Below are positions 1-16,238 of a DNA stretch of 64,000 nucleotides, one piece after another. Position numbers and translations under genes: made by a program. The stretch covers positions 992,001 to 1,056,000 of the forward strand of contig NIVC01000056.1 in assembly GCA_002269645.1 (NCBI GenBank), in the 5' to 3' direction. The DNA is from Macrostomum lignano. Lineage: Eukaryota. The stretch's first letter is position 1; each line of letters begins with the position of its first letter. Under the pieces are notes generated by a model. That model was not told the origin of the DNA and searched no databases. It saw nothing but the letters and a program-made list of their open reading frames with translations.

Positions 1-7
1 CCCCTCA

Positions 8-212
8 GCAACATGAGAATCGCCCTCTCTGCAACATGAGAATTGCCCTCTCTGCAACATGAGAATCGCCAACTCTGCAACATGAGAATCGCCCTCTCTG
101 CAACATGAGAATCGCCCTCTCTGCAACATGAGAATCGCCCTCTCTGCAACATGAGAATCGCCCTCTCTGCAACATGAGAATTGCCCTCTCTGCAACATGA
201 GAATTGCCCTCT
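8..212 (+). repeat. 23-bp minisatellite (GCAACATGAGAATCGCCCTCTCT), ~9 copies, probably continuing left of the window
   Basis: GCAACATGAG recurs at 8, 31, 54...; read directly. Confidence 0.9.
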
Positions 213-825
213 GCACAGAAAATGTCATAACTATGCGTATGTGTGTCTGCATTACCAATTGGGAAATCAAATCTGTACTGTGCTCACTTCTCAAGCCTGT
301 GCAGCCGTCGGTTGCTATTTCCTGGAAATCTGATTCTGGCATCCTTCTTGCACGTTGCTCTTAGTCAGTCTCGCGCGACGGGCAATATAAGAAGAATAAA
401 ACAAATTCCTAGTTACCAGTGCCATTGCCTTTGATATATCATAATATTCGAATCTATTATAATTTCCAATTATATAAGGATTGTATAGGAAGCCATGTGA
501 CTTGACATGCAAGCAAATCCAGATCTGCTATGACAGGCGACATGCTTCACAGGAAACTGATCATTTATCAACTTTCTTTTCTGGCTTTCTCCTTTGTTTA
601 GATTTTAGTATTGAAGCGAGTTGAGTTTTTAGTATGGTTCGAATTGATGAGCTGCGGCGTCTCAGGAAGTAACGTTGATAGGCAGCCAATTTCCAACCTC
701 TGAGCATGAGCACACGCGCTCAAGCAGGGTGCACAATGGTATGAGCTGTACACGCTTTTCGAAAGTTACTCCTCAATATTTTGGCCGCTTGATGTACTTA
801 TTGTTAGAGTAACCGTTGCTTGTTA

Positions 826-1030
826 CGGAGTGTGTGAGCACAGGGAGTGTGTGAGCACAGGGAGTTTTTGAGCACAGGGAGGGTGTGAGCACAGGGAGGG
901 TGTGAGCACAGGGAGTGTGTGAGCACAGGGAGTTTTTGAGCACAGGGAGTGTGTGAGCACAGGGAGTTTTTGAGCACAGGGAGTGTGTGAGCACAGGGAG
1001 TGTGTGAGCACAGGTAGGGTGAGGGCACAG
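826..1030 (+). repeat. 17-bp minisatellite (GAGCACAGGGAGTGTGT), ~11 copies
   Basis: Direct tandem units; explains the minus-strand ORFs at 773-1083. Confidence 0.9.
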
Positions 1031-1651
1031 GAAGGGTTATACACATTGGCTAACACGTTTCTGACTATAACTGCTATCATCAAGGGTAGGGATTTGCTGA
1101 TTAGCCGATAATTTCCTTCTGCACGTACTTGAGAACTATTTCATGTCCTAAATAGTGCTAGCAAAATGCGCGGCCCCAATCACCGTGGATTGTTATTACA
1201 CGCTCCGCTAGCCACATCTCTAGGCTGGATAATGGATAATGTATAATTTTTAGCTTACTCCTGAGTTGCCGAGATGGATGTGGAAATTATACCCAGCTTC
1301 AGGGTCTTTGCTCTGCTCACGCTTCTTATGCCCCATCTTGACTAGCGCAATTACGAGCGAACGGAAGCGAGAGTCAGTTAATTATTAAGCAGCAACTTAA
1401 CGGTATGCATCGAAAATTGATAAGTAAAATAAGCCCTCAGCTGATTGAATAATTGACAACAGGTGGTGCGTCATTATCGATTTTAAAGCGAGTTCTTTTT
1501 TATACGACAATTACTCTTTGGTGCTGAGGAGCAGTGTCTAGTGTACCTGCAGCTGTATGTGCGTATGGTTGGGGCGATTTTAATTGGATATCACGAGCCA
1601 GAAAGGGATTAAGGTACATGAAAATGTGAAGGTAGCTGTTGACATAGGACA

Positions 1652-2908
1652 AAGGAGTCAGGAGGCAGAAGAGTCAGGAGGCAGAAGAGACAGAAGAGTC
1701 AGGAGACAGAAGAGTCAGGAGACAGAAGAGTCAGCAGGCAGAAGAGTCAGGGGACAGAAGAGTCAGGAGACAGAAGAGTCAGAAGACAGAAGAGTCAGGA
1801 GGCAGAAGAGTCAGCAGACAGAAGAGTCAGAAGACAGAAGAGTCAGGCGACTGAAGAGTCAGCAGGCAGAAGAGTCAGGATACAGAAGAATCAGCAGGCA
1901 GAATAGTCAGGAGGCAGAAGAGTCAGGAGACAGAAGAATCAGGAGGCAGAAGAGTCAGGAGGCAGAAGAGTCAGGAGACAGAAGAGTCAGGGGACAGAAG
2001 AGTCAGGAGACAGAAGAGTCAGAAGACAGAAGAGTCAGGAGGCAGAAGAGTCAGGAGACAGAAGAGTCAGAAGACAGAAGAGTCAGGAGACAAGAGTCAG
2101 GAGACAGAAGAGTCAGGAGACAGAAGTGTCATAAGACAGAAGAGTCAGGAGACAGAAGAGTCAGGAGACAGAAGTGTCATAAGACAGAAGAGTCAGGCGA
2201 CTGAAGAGTCAGGAGGCAGAAGAGTCAGGATACAGAAGAATCAGCAGGCAGAATAGTCAGGAGACAGAAGAGTCAGGAGACAGAAGAGTCAGGAGACAGA
2301 AGAGTCAGGGGACAGAAGAGTCAGGAGGCAGAAGAGTCAGGAGACAGAAGAGTCTGGAGGCAGAAGAGTCAGGAGACAGAAGAATCAGGAGGCAGAAGAG
2401 TCAGGAGACAGAAGAGTCAGGAGACAGAAGAGTCAGGAGACAGAAGAGTCAGGGGACAGAAGAGTCAGGAGGCAGAAGAGTCAGAAGACAGAAGAGTCAG
2501 GAGGCAGAAGAGTCAGGAGACAGAAGAGTCAGGAGACAAGAGTCAGGAGACAGAAGAGTCAGGAGACAGAAGTGTCAGAAGACAGAAGAGTCAGGCGACT
2601 GAAGAGTCAGGAGGCAGAAGAGTCAGGAGACAGAAGAGTCAAGCGACTGAAGAGTCAGGAGACAGAAGAGTTAGGGGCAGAAGAGTCAGGAGGCAGAAGA
2701 GTCAGGAGACAGAAGAGTCAGGCGACTGAAGAGTCAGGAGACAGAAGAGTCAGGGGCAGAAGAGTCAGGAGGCAGAAGAGTCAGGAGACAGAAGAGTCAG
2801 GAGACAAGAGTCAGGAGACAAAAGATTCAGGAGACCGAAGAGTCAGGAGACAGAAGAGTCAGGAGACAGAAGAGTCAGGAGACAGAAGAGTCAGGAGACC
2901 GAAGAGTC
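1652..2908 (+). repeat. 16-bp minisatellite (AGAAGAGTCAGGAGAC/GGC), ~1.25 kb
   Basis: Direct tandem units; explains the RRVRRQKSQETEESGD pseudo-ORFs. Confidence 0.95.
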
Positions 2909-3444
2909 ACTATTCTACATCTACTCTTGTCTTCTCTGTTATCCGCAGAAGACAGCGGAAAGCAGACAGTCAGCCGCTAAAAAATGTCGCATGCAATGGT
3001 TATGCAGCATCCACTCCGACCCTGCCTGTCTTTTCTACAACGCTGCCCCCCCGGTCCTTCCGTTCCGTGTCCGCCAGGAGGAAAATGCTCTTCAGGAAGC
3101 GGGTCCCCTGTCAGCCTGCGCACAGTCGGAAATGGGCATTGAATTGAAGTTCATCAAATTATATGGCCATACGACTTTCTCTTTCAAATCAATCCGCTCT
3201 CATCCTATAAGTAATTTGGTCAGGATTTGGGAGGCCTTGAGCCTTCCCCAACTTACCCAACTGAGTGAGTGACCAACCCGACTTTTGCAAATTTGTCTGT
3301 CACGCAATATCTTTGAACTCCGTCGGAGAGCTGCCTAATTCTCGGAGTTGCTTGGGCATGAGAGATTCGCAAAATGAGATCACAGAAAGGCCTGCGGATG
3401 TACTTTTTGTGTGGAGATTTTTAGTGTCTTCGGAAGCGGGAGAT

Positions 3445-3740
3445 TATAAGGGGAATTCCGGGTCTGCGGTTGGAGATTAGCAAGAGGAATTCCTGCTTTT
3501 CAGTGGAAGACTCTTAAGGGGAATTCCGGTGCTTCAGTTGACGATTCTAGAGAGGAATTTCTGTTCTTCAGAGGGAGATTCTCAAGGGAATTTCCGTTCT
3601 TCAGTGGGAAATTTTCAAGGGGAATTCCTGGTCTTCAATAGGAGTTCCCCATGGCGAATTCCCTTTCTTCAGTGGGAAATTCTCAAGGGTATTCCCGTTC
3701 TTCAGTAGGCGATTCTCAAGTGGATTATCTGGAGAGGAGT
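3445..3740 (+). repeat. Degenerate ~34-36-bp tandem repeat with GGAATTCC core
   Basis: GAATTC-like cores at ~3453, 3487, 3521, 3555..., each followed by CTTCAGTGG..GATTCT. Confidence 0.6.
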
Positions 3741-3929
3741 TCCTGCTTCGCAGACTGTGATGTTTAGGACAATTTTCTCGGTGATAAAGGTTTCTGTTTC
3801 ATGATACTTCATGTAAAATTTTTCATTTTGAAAAGAACCTATCGCAGTGGAATTTCAGCTTTACTGCAATTCATAAAGTGCGTCATAAACTGTCTAGCAG
3901 CTTCATCACCAATGCCTTTATTACCCTTA

Positions 3930-4525
<596 letters not shown>

Positions 4526-5644
4526 GAGTCAATTAGCTAATAATGTTACTCACACTCTAAGACACCAAATTACTCACCAACTTTCCCCATTTGCAGCTCA
4601 GGCATCCGACAGGTTCTAAAACGGCTTCGCAACCCCTTTGGGAAATTTTCAGCCTGAGTTTGCTCAATCGCTCTGACGAAGCCCCCTCCCAGATCCTACT
4701 GGCCACTGTCTCAAGCAGCTTTACTCAGCCAGCTCATCTCACTCGTTTAGTGTATTCCCAGCGGGCTTGCAAATCTCCCAGCTTCCCTCATTCGCACCCA
4801 CCAGGATTACCCCGCCCACCCTCAAGCTCTCACAAGGCTGCTCCTTTCACTGCTCCCACAACTGCCCAGCCGTGGAGTTTCACCTAGATATCAGGAGTCA
4901 GTCAGTCAGTCAGTCAGTTCAGTTTCCATTCCAGGTTCTTGCGTCCCAGCTGTCCTTGGCCCTAAGCCCATGCATTCAGTTGCCACAGGAGAAGTGATGA
5001 GTAGGTTTCTACAACTGCAACTCCAGACTATACAGAGGGATGATGATGGCGGGAATCTGATGGGGTCTGTGGGAGGCTGACAGTCCAATTCCCATTGGAT
5101 GGCTGAGTAGAGCTGAGTAGCCAGGATGAGGGGCATGCAGGACGAGTGTGCGCTGTAGCAGTTGCACCATCCTTGTCAGCAGTGTCTATCTGGCTCACCT
5201 CAATTCCCTTTACACTCCTCCTCGGCGCTCTGGGTAGCAACCACTTCGAGTCCGGGTTGGTTGGGTTGCCAACCCACCCCTCCTCTTTTCTCTCTCCCTC
5301 TTCCCCACCTCAATCCCAAAATTATGAATCTGCAGCAGCCGGACCTGAGCGCCCCCCCCCCAAGTGCCGCCTCATTGAAGCTGCTCTGACTCCTCCAGCC
5401 TCCTCTTGGTAACTTTTTTCTCTCTTTCTGCGCGAAAGCCACTTATAGCTTGGCAATACGAAAACCTCACCCTCTCTCTCCCTCTCACCCTTTCTCTGGA
5501 CTTCACTCATCACTTCACCCCCAGCCCGCCCCTCTAGGGACCCATCATCCGCTCTGGTGGTCGCCAATTAATGCTTAAAAAACCGGACCCGTGCTGTTGA
5601 GATTCTACACACCCATATAACTATATAGAGGCCAAGTCGCGCAC

Positions 5645-5732
5645 ATGCCGAACAACTCTGGGAGCAGCGGCAGGCAGCAGCAGCAGCAGCAGCAGTCCAA
5701 CAGAGGTGGCGGCTCGCAAAGCAATAAAAAAG
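5645..5732 (+). CDS. Candidate first coding exon (MPNNSGSSGRQQQQQQQSNRGGGSQSNKK-g), possibly of the copine gene
   Basis: ATG at 5645, open Q/S/G-rich frame ending in a near-perfect donor AAG|GTAAGT at 5732/5733; TATA-like AT-rich stretch ~20-30 nt upstream. Link to downstream exons not established. Confidence 0.4.
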
Positions 5733-5944
5733 GTAAGTTAACAGAAACTATATGATTGACAAAATGCATTCAGGTAAACGGCTGAAGTAGCTAGCTCTGC
5801 ACTCATAGGGAAGTTTTTTTTAAAATACGGGTTACTAATGAAGTGTTGAGTGCTGCTGACGGCTTTGCTTTGCCGTTGGTTTATTGTTTTTATCGCTGTA
5901 AACTAGCGTCCACACTACAGTTCAATCAGCATTGAGTCAAAAAG

Positions 5945-6790
5945 CGATAGTGGCGCTTTAGATGGAGCCAAAACACTATAAGTAGCGCCAAAAGAATATA
6001 GATAGAGCCAAAACACTATAAGTGGCGCCAAAATACTTTAGTGAATAAACACTATAAGTGGCGCCATAATACTTTAGATGGGGCCCAAACACTTTTATAT
6101 AGCGCCGTCACAACTCTATAAGTGGCACCAAACTACTTTAGATAGCGTAAAAAAAACTTTAGATGGCGTCAAAAGACTTTAGATGGCGCCAAAAGACTTT
6201 AGATGGCGCCACAACACTTTAGATAGCGCCAAAAGACTTTAGATGGCGCCACAACACTTTAGATAGCGCAAAGACACTTGAGGTGGCGCCAAAAGACTTT
6301 AGATGACGCCAAAAGACTTTAGATGGCGCCACAACACTTTAGATAGCGCAAAGACACTTGAGGTGGCGCCAAAAGACTTTAGATGGCGCCAAAAGACTTT
6401 AGATGGCGCCACAACACTTTAGATAGCGCAAAGACACTTTAGATGGCGCCAAAAGACTTTAGATGGCGCCAAAAGACTTTAGATAGCGCCAAAATACTTT
6501 AGATGGCGCCAAAAGACTTTAGATGGCGCCACAACACTTTAGATAGCGCAAAGACACTTGAGATGGCGCCAAAAGACTTTAGATGGCGCCACAACACTTT
6601 AGATAGCGCAAAGACACTTGAGATGGCGCCAAAAGACTTTAGATGGCGCCACAACATTTTAGATAGCGAAAAGGCACTATAAGTGGCGCCAAAAGACGTC
6701 AAATGGCGCAGAAAGACTTTAGATGGCGCCAAAATATTTTAGATGCCGAAAAGACACTTGAGGTGGCGCCAAAATACACTAGATGGCGTT
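5945..6790 (+). repeat. 20-bp minisatellite (GATGGCGCCAAAAGACTTTA) with 3-unit higher-order pattern
   Basis: Direct tandem units, degenerate at both ends. Confidence 0.9.
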
Positions 6791-7424
6791 AAACACATAC
6801 TCCCGCTAACGATGCCAAAATGTCTACTTTTATCTCTTACAGCCTGATGAAGCCACTAAGGAAGGGGCAATGGGAGCAGGAAGAGAGAAGGGATAACAAG
6901 AGTTTCGCTACACAAGCCCCGGACTCAACTAGTGGGCCACCCTTTTTGCTTGAGCTCGTAATTAGCAGGTGATGATAGCCAAGGTGCGATGCAACCTGCA
7001 GCTGCTGCAATAGCACACTGTCTCTCTACCCCCCTCCAGAATTGGAAATCAATTGAGTGCAGTCATTAACCCGATAGAACGAGCTTTATGTTGCTTTCAT
7101 TTGTTCGTTCATTCCCGAATTGAAGGGCTGGGATACTGGGAAGAGGATTGGTTTTGCTGTCCTAGTTGTGGGAACTCCTGCTTTCCCCTTGCCCGAGCTC
7201 TGATCTCTCATCCTCATGGCACTCTGACTCTCCATATGGTAATCGATTGGCTAGCCTGGGTGCACGGATACTTGATAACTCATATATCTGTGTTATTAAT
7301 GCATCTGGCGCTTTTCCTATGCGCAGATCCGAAATAATTTGTTGGCTACATTCGATAAGAAATTTAATGCCTTTGCCAATACACTAGGCGTTGTGATACT
7401 GTACTCTGTGTGTGTTGCACTGTG

Positions 7425-8432
7425 CTCCTCTGCCTCCTGACTCTTCTGCCTCTGACTCTTCTGTCTCCTGACTCTTCTGTCTCCTGACTCTTCTGCCTCC
7501 TGACTCTTCTGCTTCCTGATTCTTCTGCCTCCTGACTCTTCTGCCCCTGACTCTTCTGCTTCCTGACTCTTCTGCCTCCAGACTCTTCTGTTTCCTGACT
7601 CTTCTGCCTTCTGAATTTTCTGTCTCCTGACTCTTCTGCCTCCAGACTCTTCTGTCTCCTGACTCTTCTGTTTCCTGACTCTTCTGTCTCCTGACTCTTC
7701 TGTCTCCTGACTCTTCTGCCTCCTGAATCTTCTGTCTCCTGACTCTTCTGTCTCCTGACTCTTCTGCCTCCTGACTCTTCTGTCTCCTGACTCTTCTGCC
7801 TCCTGACTCTTCTGCCTTCTGAATTTTCTGTCTCCTGACTCTTCTGCCTTCTGAATTTTCTGTCTCCTGACTCTTCTGCCTCCTGACTCTTCTGCCCCTG
7901 ACTCTTCTGCTTCCTGACTCTTCTGCCTCCAGACTCTTCTGTCTCCTGACTCTTCTGCCTCCTGACTCTTCTGCCTTCTGAATTTTCTGTCTCCTGACTC
8001 TTCTGCCTTCTGAATTTTCTGTCTCCTGACTCTTCTGCCTCCAGACTCTTCTGTCTCCTGACTCTTCTGTCTCCTGACTCTTCTGTCTCCTGACTCTTCT
8101 GTCTCCTGACTCTTCTGCCTCCTGAATCTTCTGTCTCCTGACTCTTCTGTCTCCTGACTCTTCTGCCTCCTGACTCTTCTGCCTCCTGATTCTTCTGTCT
8201 CCTGACTCTTCTGCCTCCTGACTCTTCTGCCTCCTGACTCTTCTGTCTCCTGACTCTTCTGCCTCCTGACTCTTCTGCCTCCTGACTCTTCTGCCTCCTG
8301 ACTCTTCTGCCTCCTGACTCTTCTCTCTCCTGACTCTTCTGCCTCCTGACTCTTCTGCCTCCTGACTCTTCTGTCTTCTGACTCTACTGCCTCCTGATTT
8401 TTCTGTTTCCTGACTTTTCTGTCTCCTGACTT
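7425..8432 (-). repeat. 16-bp minisatellite, same unit as 1652-2908 in inverted orientation
   Basis: + strand reads TCTCCTGACTCTTCTG, the reverse complement of CAGAAGAGTCAGGAGA. Confidence 0.95.
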
Positions 8433-8819
8433 CCCCAATAAACTTAGTTCCCTTTGCACTTTCCCGCACAGTGCAGTACACCGGATGCCATCTATAGCAG
8501 CTTCTATCGGCTGAATAATGCAAATTACCTTCTAGTCTACTTGAGAACAAGTCATCAGCTCAGCACTTCAGAGTAACTCTCTTTGAGCCAAAAGGGTTGA
8601 GGGAGTGAGCGGATGAGAGGTTGGGGACTTTGAGACCTCCATCTCGTCAGTAGATTGAAGTGGACAGGAACTTCGCCCCCACGAATTTCGCCATGCAAGT
8701 GAGTATTCATTTATTTTTTTAGTTTTGCACATGCTGAGAGTGTAGAGGTCGCATGTAGGTACATGTAGTTTGTATGTAGCACAGCAGAGTTCTGGCTTCA
8801 GTGTATATTTGAAGCGCCT

Positions 8820-9325
8820 TATCTGTGAGTGGCGCGAAAGCTTATCTGTCAGTGGCGCCAAAGCTTACCTGTCAGTGGCGCCAAAACTTACCTGTCAGTG
8901 GCGCCAAAACTTATCTGTCAGTGGCGCCAAAACTTATCTGTCAATGGCGCCAAAACTTACCTGTCAGTGGCGCCAAAGCTTACCTGTCAGTGGCTCCAAA
9001 ACTATACCTGTCAATGGCGCCAAAACTTACCTGTCAATGGCGTCAAAACTTACCTGTCAGTGGCGCCAAAACTTACCTGTCAGTGGCGCCAAAGCTTATC
9101 TGTCAGTGGCGCCAAAACTATACCTGTCAATGGCGCCAAAACTTACCTGTCAGTGGCGCCAAAGCTTACCTGTCAGTGGCTCCAAAACTATACCTGTCAG
9201 TGGCTCCAAAACTATACCTGTCAATGGCGCCAAAACTTACCTGTCAATGGCGCCAAAACTTACCTGTCAGTGGCGCCAAAACTTACCTGTCAGTGGCGCC
9301 AAAACTTACCTGTCAGTGGCGCTAA
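8820..9325 (+). repeat. 23-bp minisatellite (TGGCGCCAAAACTTACCTGTCAG)
   Basis: Direct tandem units; shares the TGGCGCCAAAA core with the 5945-6790 array. Confidence 0.92.
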
Positions 9326-9959
9326 AATAGGTGCACAGTTTCTAAAGCGTGATAATTATCTCTCAGAGTATTATAGCTAGCATAACAATAAAGTGATGTG
9401 GGAGAGCTGTGCTTATCGGGAAGAGAGGAAGAAGAGAGAGAAGAAGAGAGAGAAGGAGAGAGAGTGAATCACTGAGTCTGGCTCAACTGACACGCGCTAA
9501 AATAGCCTGCGGCGTGTTATCAAGCCCCGGGGCTTGGAGGGATGATAAAAGAGAAGGATAGCAACGGACTTAAACTGCTCTGGGAGAGCAGCTGGGAACG
9601 AGTTTATCATTATTATTTCAGGAAGAACTTGGGGGATGCATTGCTACAGAGAAAATTCTGCTAATGCATGCAAGTGTGCCGCTTGCATGTCTGTCTGTCC
9701 GATCATAAATTCATCAGTGAAGGCGCATAAGAAATTATTCGGTTCTGCGGTTCTCGAAAAAAAGCGAAAAAAATCTTTTGAACTCTCAGGCGACTGCTTT
9801 AATTAGCATAATTTTCGGGACATGGAGAACTGCTTTAGGGATTTAGATTTTGTTGGTCATGACGCAACAACGCTTGAAAAATGCGTATGGTTATAATTAT
9901 GATTGGACTCGTACAAAAATACCTAAAATTGATCTTCAAGTTGAAAATTTGAAACTTCA

Positions 9960-10340
9960 AGGGATTTGACACGATATTCCTGAGATTTGACCTGTAGTTG
10001 GGATGGACTTGACATGAAATTCCTGAGACTTGACCTGTAGTTGGGATGGATTTGACATGAAATTCCTGAAACTTGAACTGAAGTTAGGATGGATTTGACA
10101 TGAAATTCCTGAGACTTGACCTGTAGTTGGGATGGATTTGACATGAAATTCCTGAGACTTGACCTGTAGTTGGGATGGATTTGACATGAAATTCCTGAAA
10201 CTTGAACTGAAGTTAGGATGGATTTGACATGAAATTCCTGAGACTTGACCTGTAGTTGGGATGGATTTGACATGAAATTCCTGAGACTTGACCTGTAGTT
10301 GGGATGGATTTGACATGAAATTCCTGAGACTTGAACTGAA
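9960..10340 (+). repeat. 43-bp minisatellite (GACATGAAATTCCTGAGACTTGACCTGTAGTTGGGATGGATTT), ~9 copies
   Basis: GACATG at 10097 and 10140 gives the period. Confidence 0.9.
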
Positions 10341-11014
10341 TAGCTTTGAGGGTTTGGAGATAGAGTTTGGTCGTTTGTACATGAAATTTCAAAATTTCGA
10401 CACACATTTTGAAGGTTGCAATATGAAATTTAACAATATTTCTGCTGATTTCCCCGAAAACATTTGAAGGCTGTAAAATTAGGTCTAATGAATTATGTTT
10501 CATCAATTCCGTGCATCAAGTCACACTGCACTGCACTTTGGTATTGTTATAACTAGAAGGGAGAACTGGCGAGTTTTTGCTCAACCACACACGCGGAGGC
10601 GGGAGACACACGGAGGCAGAAAAGCACAAAACACTGAGAGCGAGGGGACCGAGGGATCTGAGGCGAGCGCGGGCTTGGCTAGAGAATAAAAGAAGAAGAA
10701 AATTAAGAGGGCCCTGTGCCGCGGGTTCAGGCAGCTTGGCTGCACTTGCTCCCGTCTCGCCGGTCGATGATGAAGCCGCTTGGGACCGGACCGCAGCTTC
10801 CCTTTTTCCACCGGACTCCCCTCCGCGCCTAGATGAAGCCTCCAGTAGCCGGCAACCCAGCGTCTCCCCTTGTCTGTGCGCTTTGCTTTGACAAAAATCC
10901 GTATTTTCGATCCCTGATCTGCAATCTCTAACCATTCTCTCTGCTCTCGCTAATTGTCACTGCTGGGCCTGGCGCTTTGTGCTCAGTTGCTTCTGCACAC
11001 TGGCTGTTCCCACA

Positions 11015-13882
<2,868 letters not shown>

Positions 13883-16238
13883 GATAATCTAGCCTCAACT
13901 GATCTGCAGTGCCCAGTCGCCTGTGACCAGGGGCTGTGCAGGCGGCGATCTGTGACCAGACGCCGCCAACTGCGACTAGTGGCCTGCCTGGCTACTTCAA
14001 ATAACTGCTTACCAGTACGTCTCTACTACGACTACGCCTACGACTGCTCTACTACTACTCTACTAATACTTGTACTACTACTACTTCCATTACTACTACT
14101 ACGAGCTACTACTGCAACTACTAGTGCTACTACTACTGATAATCTAGCCTCAACTGATCTGCAGTGCCCAGTCGCCTGTGACCAGGGGCTGTGCAGGCGG
14201 CGATCTGTGACCAGACGCCGCCAACTGCAACTAGTGGCCTGCCTGGCGACTCAATTTATTTACTGTTTATGTAATAACATCTATTTACTTGCACTTCTTT
14301 TTGAAAAGTTCTCAGTGCTCTGTTTTAATTTAATATTTGTTCTCAATTCTACGGGCGTAAATAACTTATTTGTTGAACTTTTCAAGATGCTTATTCATAC
14401 ACTTCTACGCTCTAAATCTGTTTTTCTATAGCACCTAACATCTTTAATATTTTTGTGCAAGGCTTTAAGCTGCCAATCTTTAACCAATCAGCGTGCTTCA
14501 ACTCACGTTTTTAACTAATTATACGTACACATCTTTACTCAACACTGCTCAGTGCACCCCCAAAAGTAGCATATATATATATTGAAATTATGTTACAATA
14601 ACTTCACTGCCAATATATTTGTTTTTAAACCCGAATAAATAAACCCTGACGAAGGCCCAGTCTGGGCCGAAATATCGGTTTTTTTCGAACATTCGACAAC
14701 TGGTAACCTTCAATATCTTCCGAGTGCGTGGTTTGCAGTTTCAAACTGCCTTATGAATATCTGTACCCAGGACCGGACTATTATTGAGGCTCGCCATGTT
14801 TGTCAACAAAATATCTTCGTATACGAGCTATTCTCCGCCAAAAATCTACTTGGGATAAGCAAGAGTACTATTTCTGCAGCTGAATATTTAAGACGCACGA
14901 CACTACTACGACTACGGCTACGACTACGACTGTACTACTACTACTCTACTACCACTACTACTACTACTGCAACTACTAGTGCTACTACTACTGAAAATCT
15001 AGCTTCAACTGATCCGCAGTGCCCAGTCGCCTGTGACCAGGGGCTGTGCAGGCGGCGATCTGTGACCAGACGCCGCCAACTGCGACTAGTGGCCTGCCTG
15101 GCTACTTCAAATAACTGCTTACCAGTACGTCTCTACTACGACTACGCCTACGACTGCTCTACTACTACTCTACTAATACTTGTACTACTACTACTTCCAT
15201 TACTACTACTACGAGCTACTACTGCAACTACTAGTGCTACTACTACTGATAATCTAGCCTCAACTGATCTGCAGTGCCCAGTCGCCTGTGACCAGGGGCT
15301 GTGCAGGCGGCGATCTGTGACCAGACGCCGCCAACTGCGACTAGTGGCCTGCCTGGCTACTTCAAATAACTGCTTACCAGTACGTCTCTACTACGACTAC
15401 GCCTACGACTGCTCTACTACTACTCTACTAATACTTGTACTACTACTACTTCCATTACTACTACTACGAGCTACTACTGCAACTACTAGTGCTACTACTA
15501 CTGATAATCTAGCCTCAACTGATCTGCAGTGCCCAGTCGCCTGTGACCAGGGGCTGTGCAGGCGGCGATCTGTGACCAGACGCCGCCAACTGCGACTAGT
15601 GGCCTGCCTGGCTACTTCAAATAACTGCTTACCAGTACGTCTCTACTACGACTACGCCTACGACTGCTCTACTACTACTCTACTAATACTTGTACTACTA
15701 CTACTTCCATTACTACTACTACGAGCTACTACTGCAACTACTAGTGCTACTACTACTGATAATCTAGCCTCAACTGATCTGCAGTGCCCAGTCGCCTGTG
15801 ACCAGGGGCTGTGCAGGCGGCGATCTGTGACCAGACGCCGCCAACTGCAACTAGTGGCCTGCCTGGCGACTCAATTTATTTACTGTTTATGTAATAACAT
15901 CTATTTACTTGCACTTCTTTTTGAAAAGTTCTCAGTGCTCTGTTTTAATTTAATATTTGTTCTCAATTCTACGGGCGTAAATAACTTATTTGTTGAACTT
16001 TTCAAGATGCTTATTCATACACTTCTACGCTCTAAATCTGTTTTTCTATAGCACCTAACATCTTTAATATTTTTGTGCAAGGCTTTAAGCTGCCAATCTT
16101 TAACCAATCAGCGTGCTTCAACTCACGTTTTTAACTAATTATACGTACACATCTTTACTCAACACTGCTCAGTGCACCCCCAAAAGTAGCATATATATAT
16201 ATTGAAATTATGTTACAATAACTTCACTGCCAATATAT

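Noticed and set aside
2950-3150. Possible exon after the acceptor-like TTATCCGCAG at ~2949
   Set aside because: All three frames stay open for a while, with no recognisable homology or clear partner exon.
6840-6870. CTGATGA-AGCC as a second hammerhead
   Set aside because: No helix II closure followed by GAAA, and no helix I partner.
8652-8699. Possible small phase 2-2 exon (RLKWTGTSPPRISPC) ending at CAA|GTGAGT
   Set aside because: Plausible splice signals, but it does not bridge the phase 1 donor at 5732 and has no homology support.
14753-16051. 432-aa ORF starting 77 nt downstream of the hammerhead cleavage site
   Set aside because: Mostly 255-bp repeats with (CTA)n-derived L/T/Y runs and no recognisable domain. 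The first ~45 codons might be a relic of a PLE ORF start, but I cannot support that.
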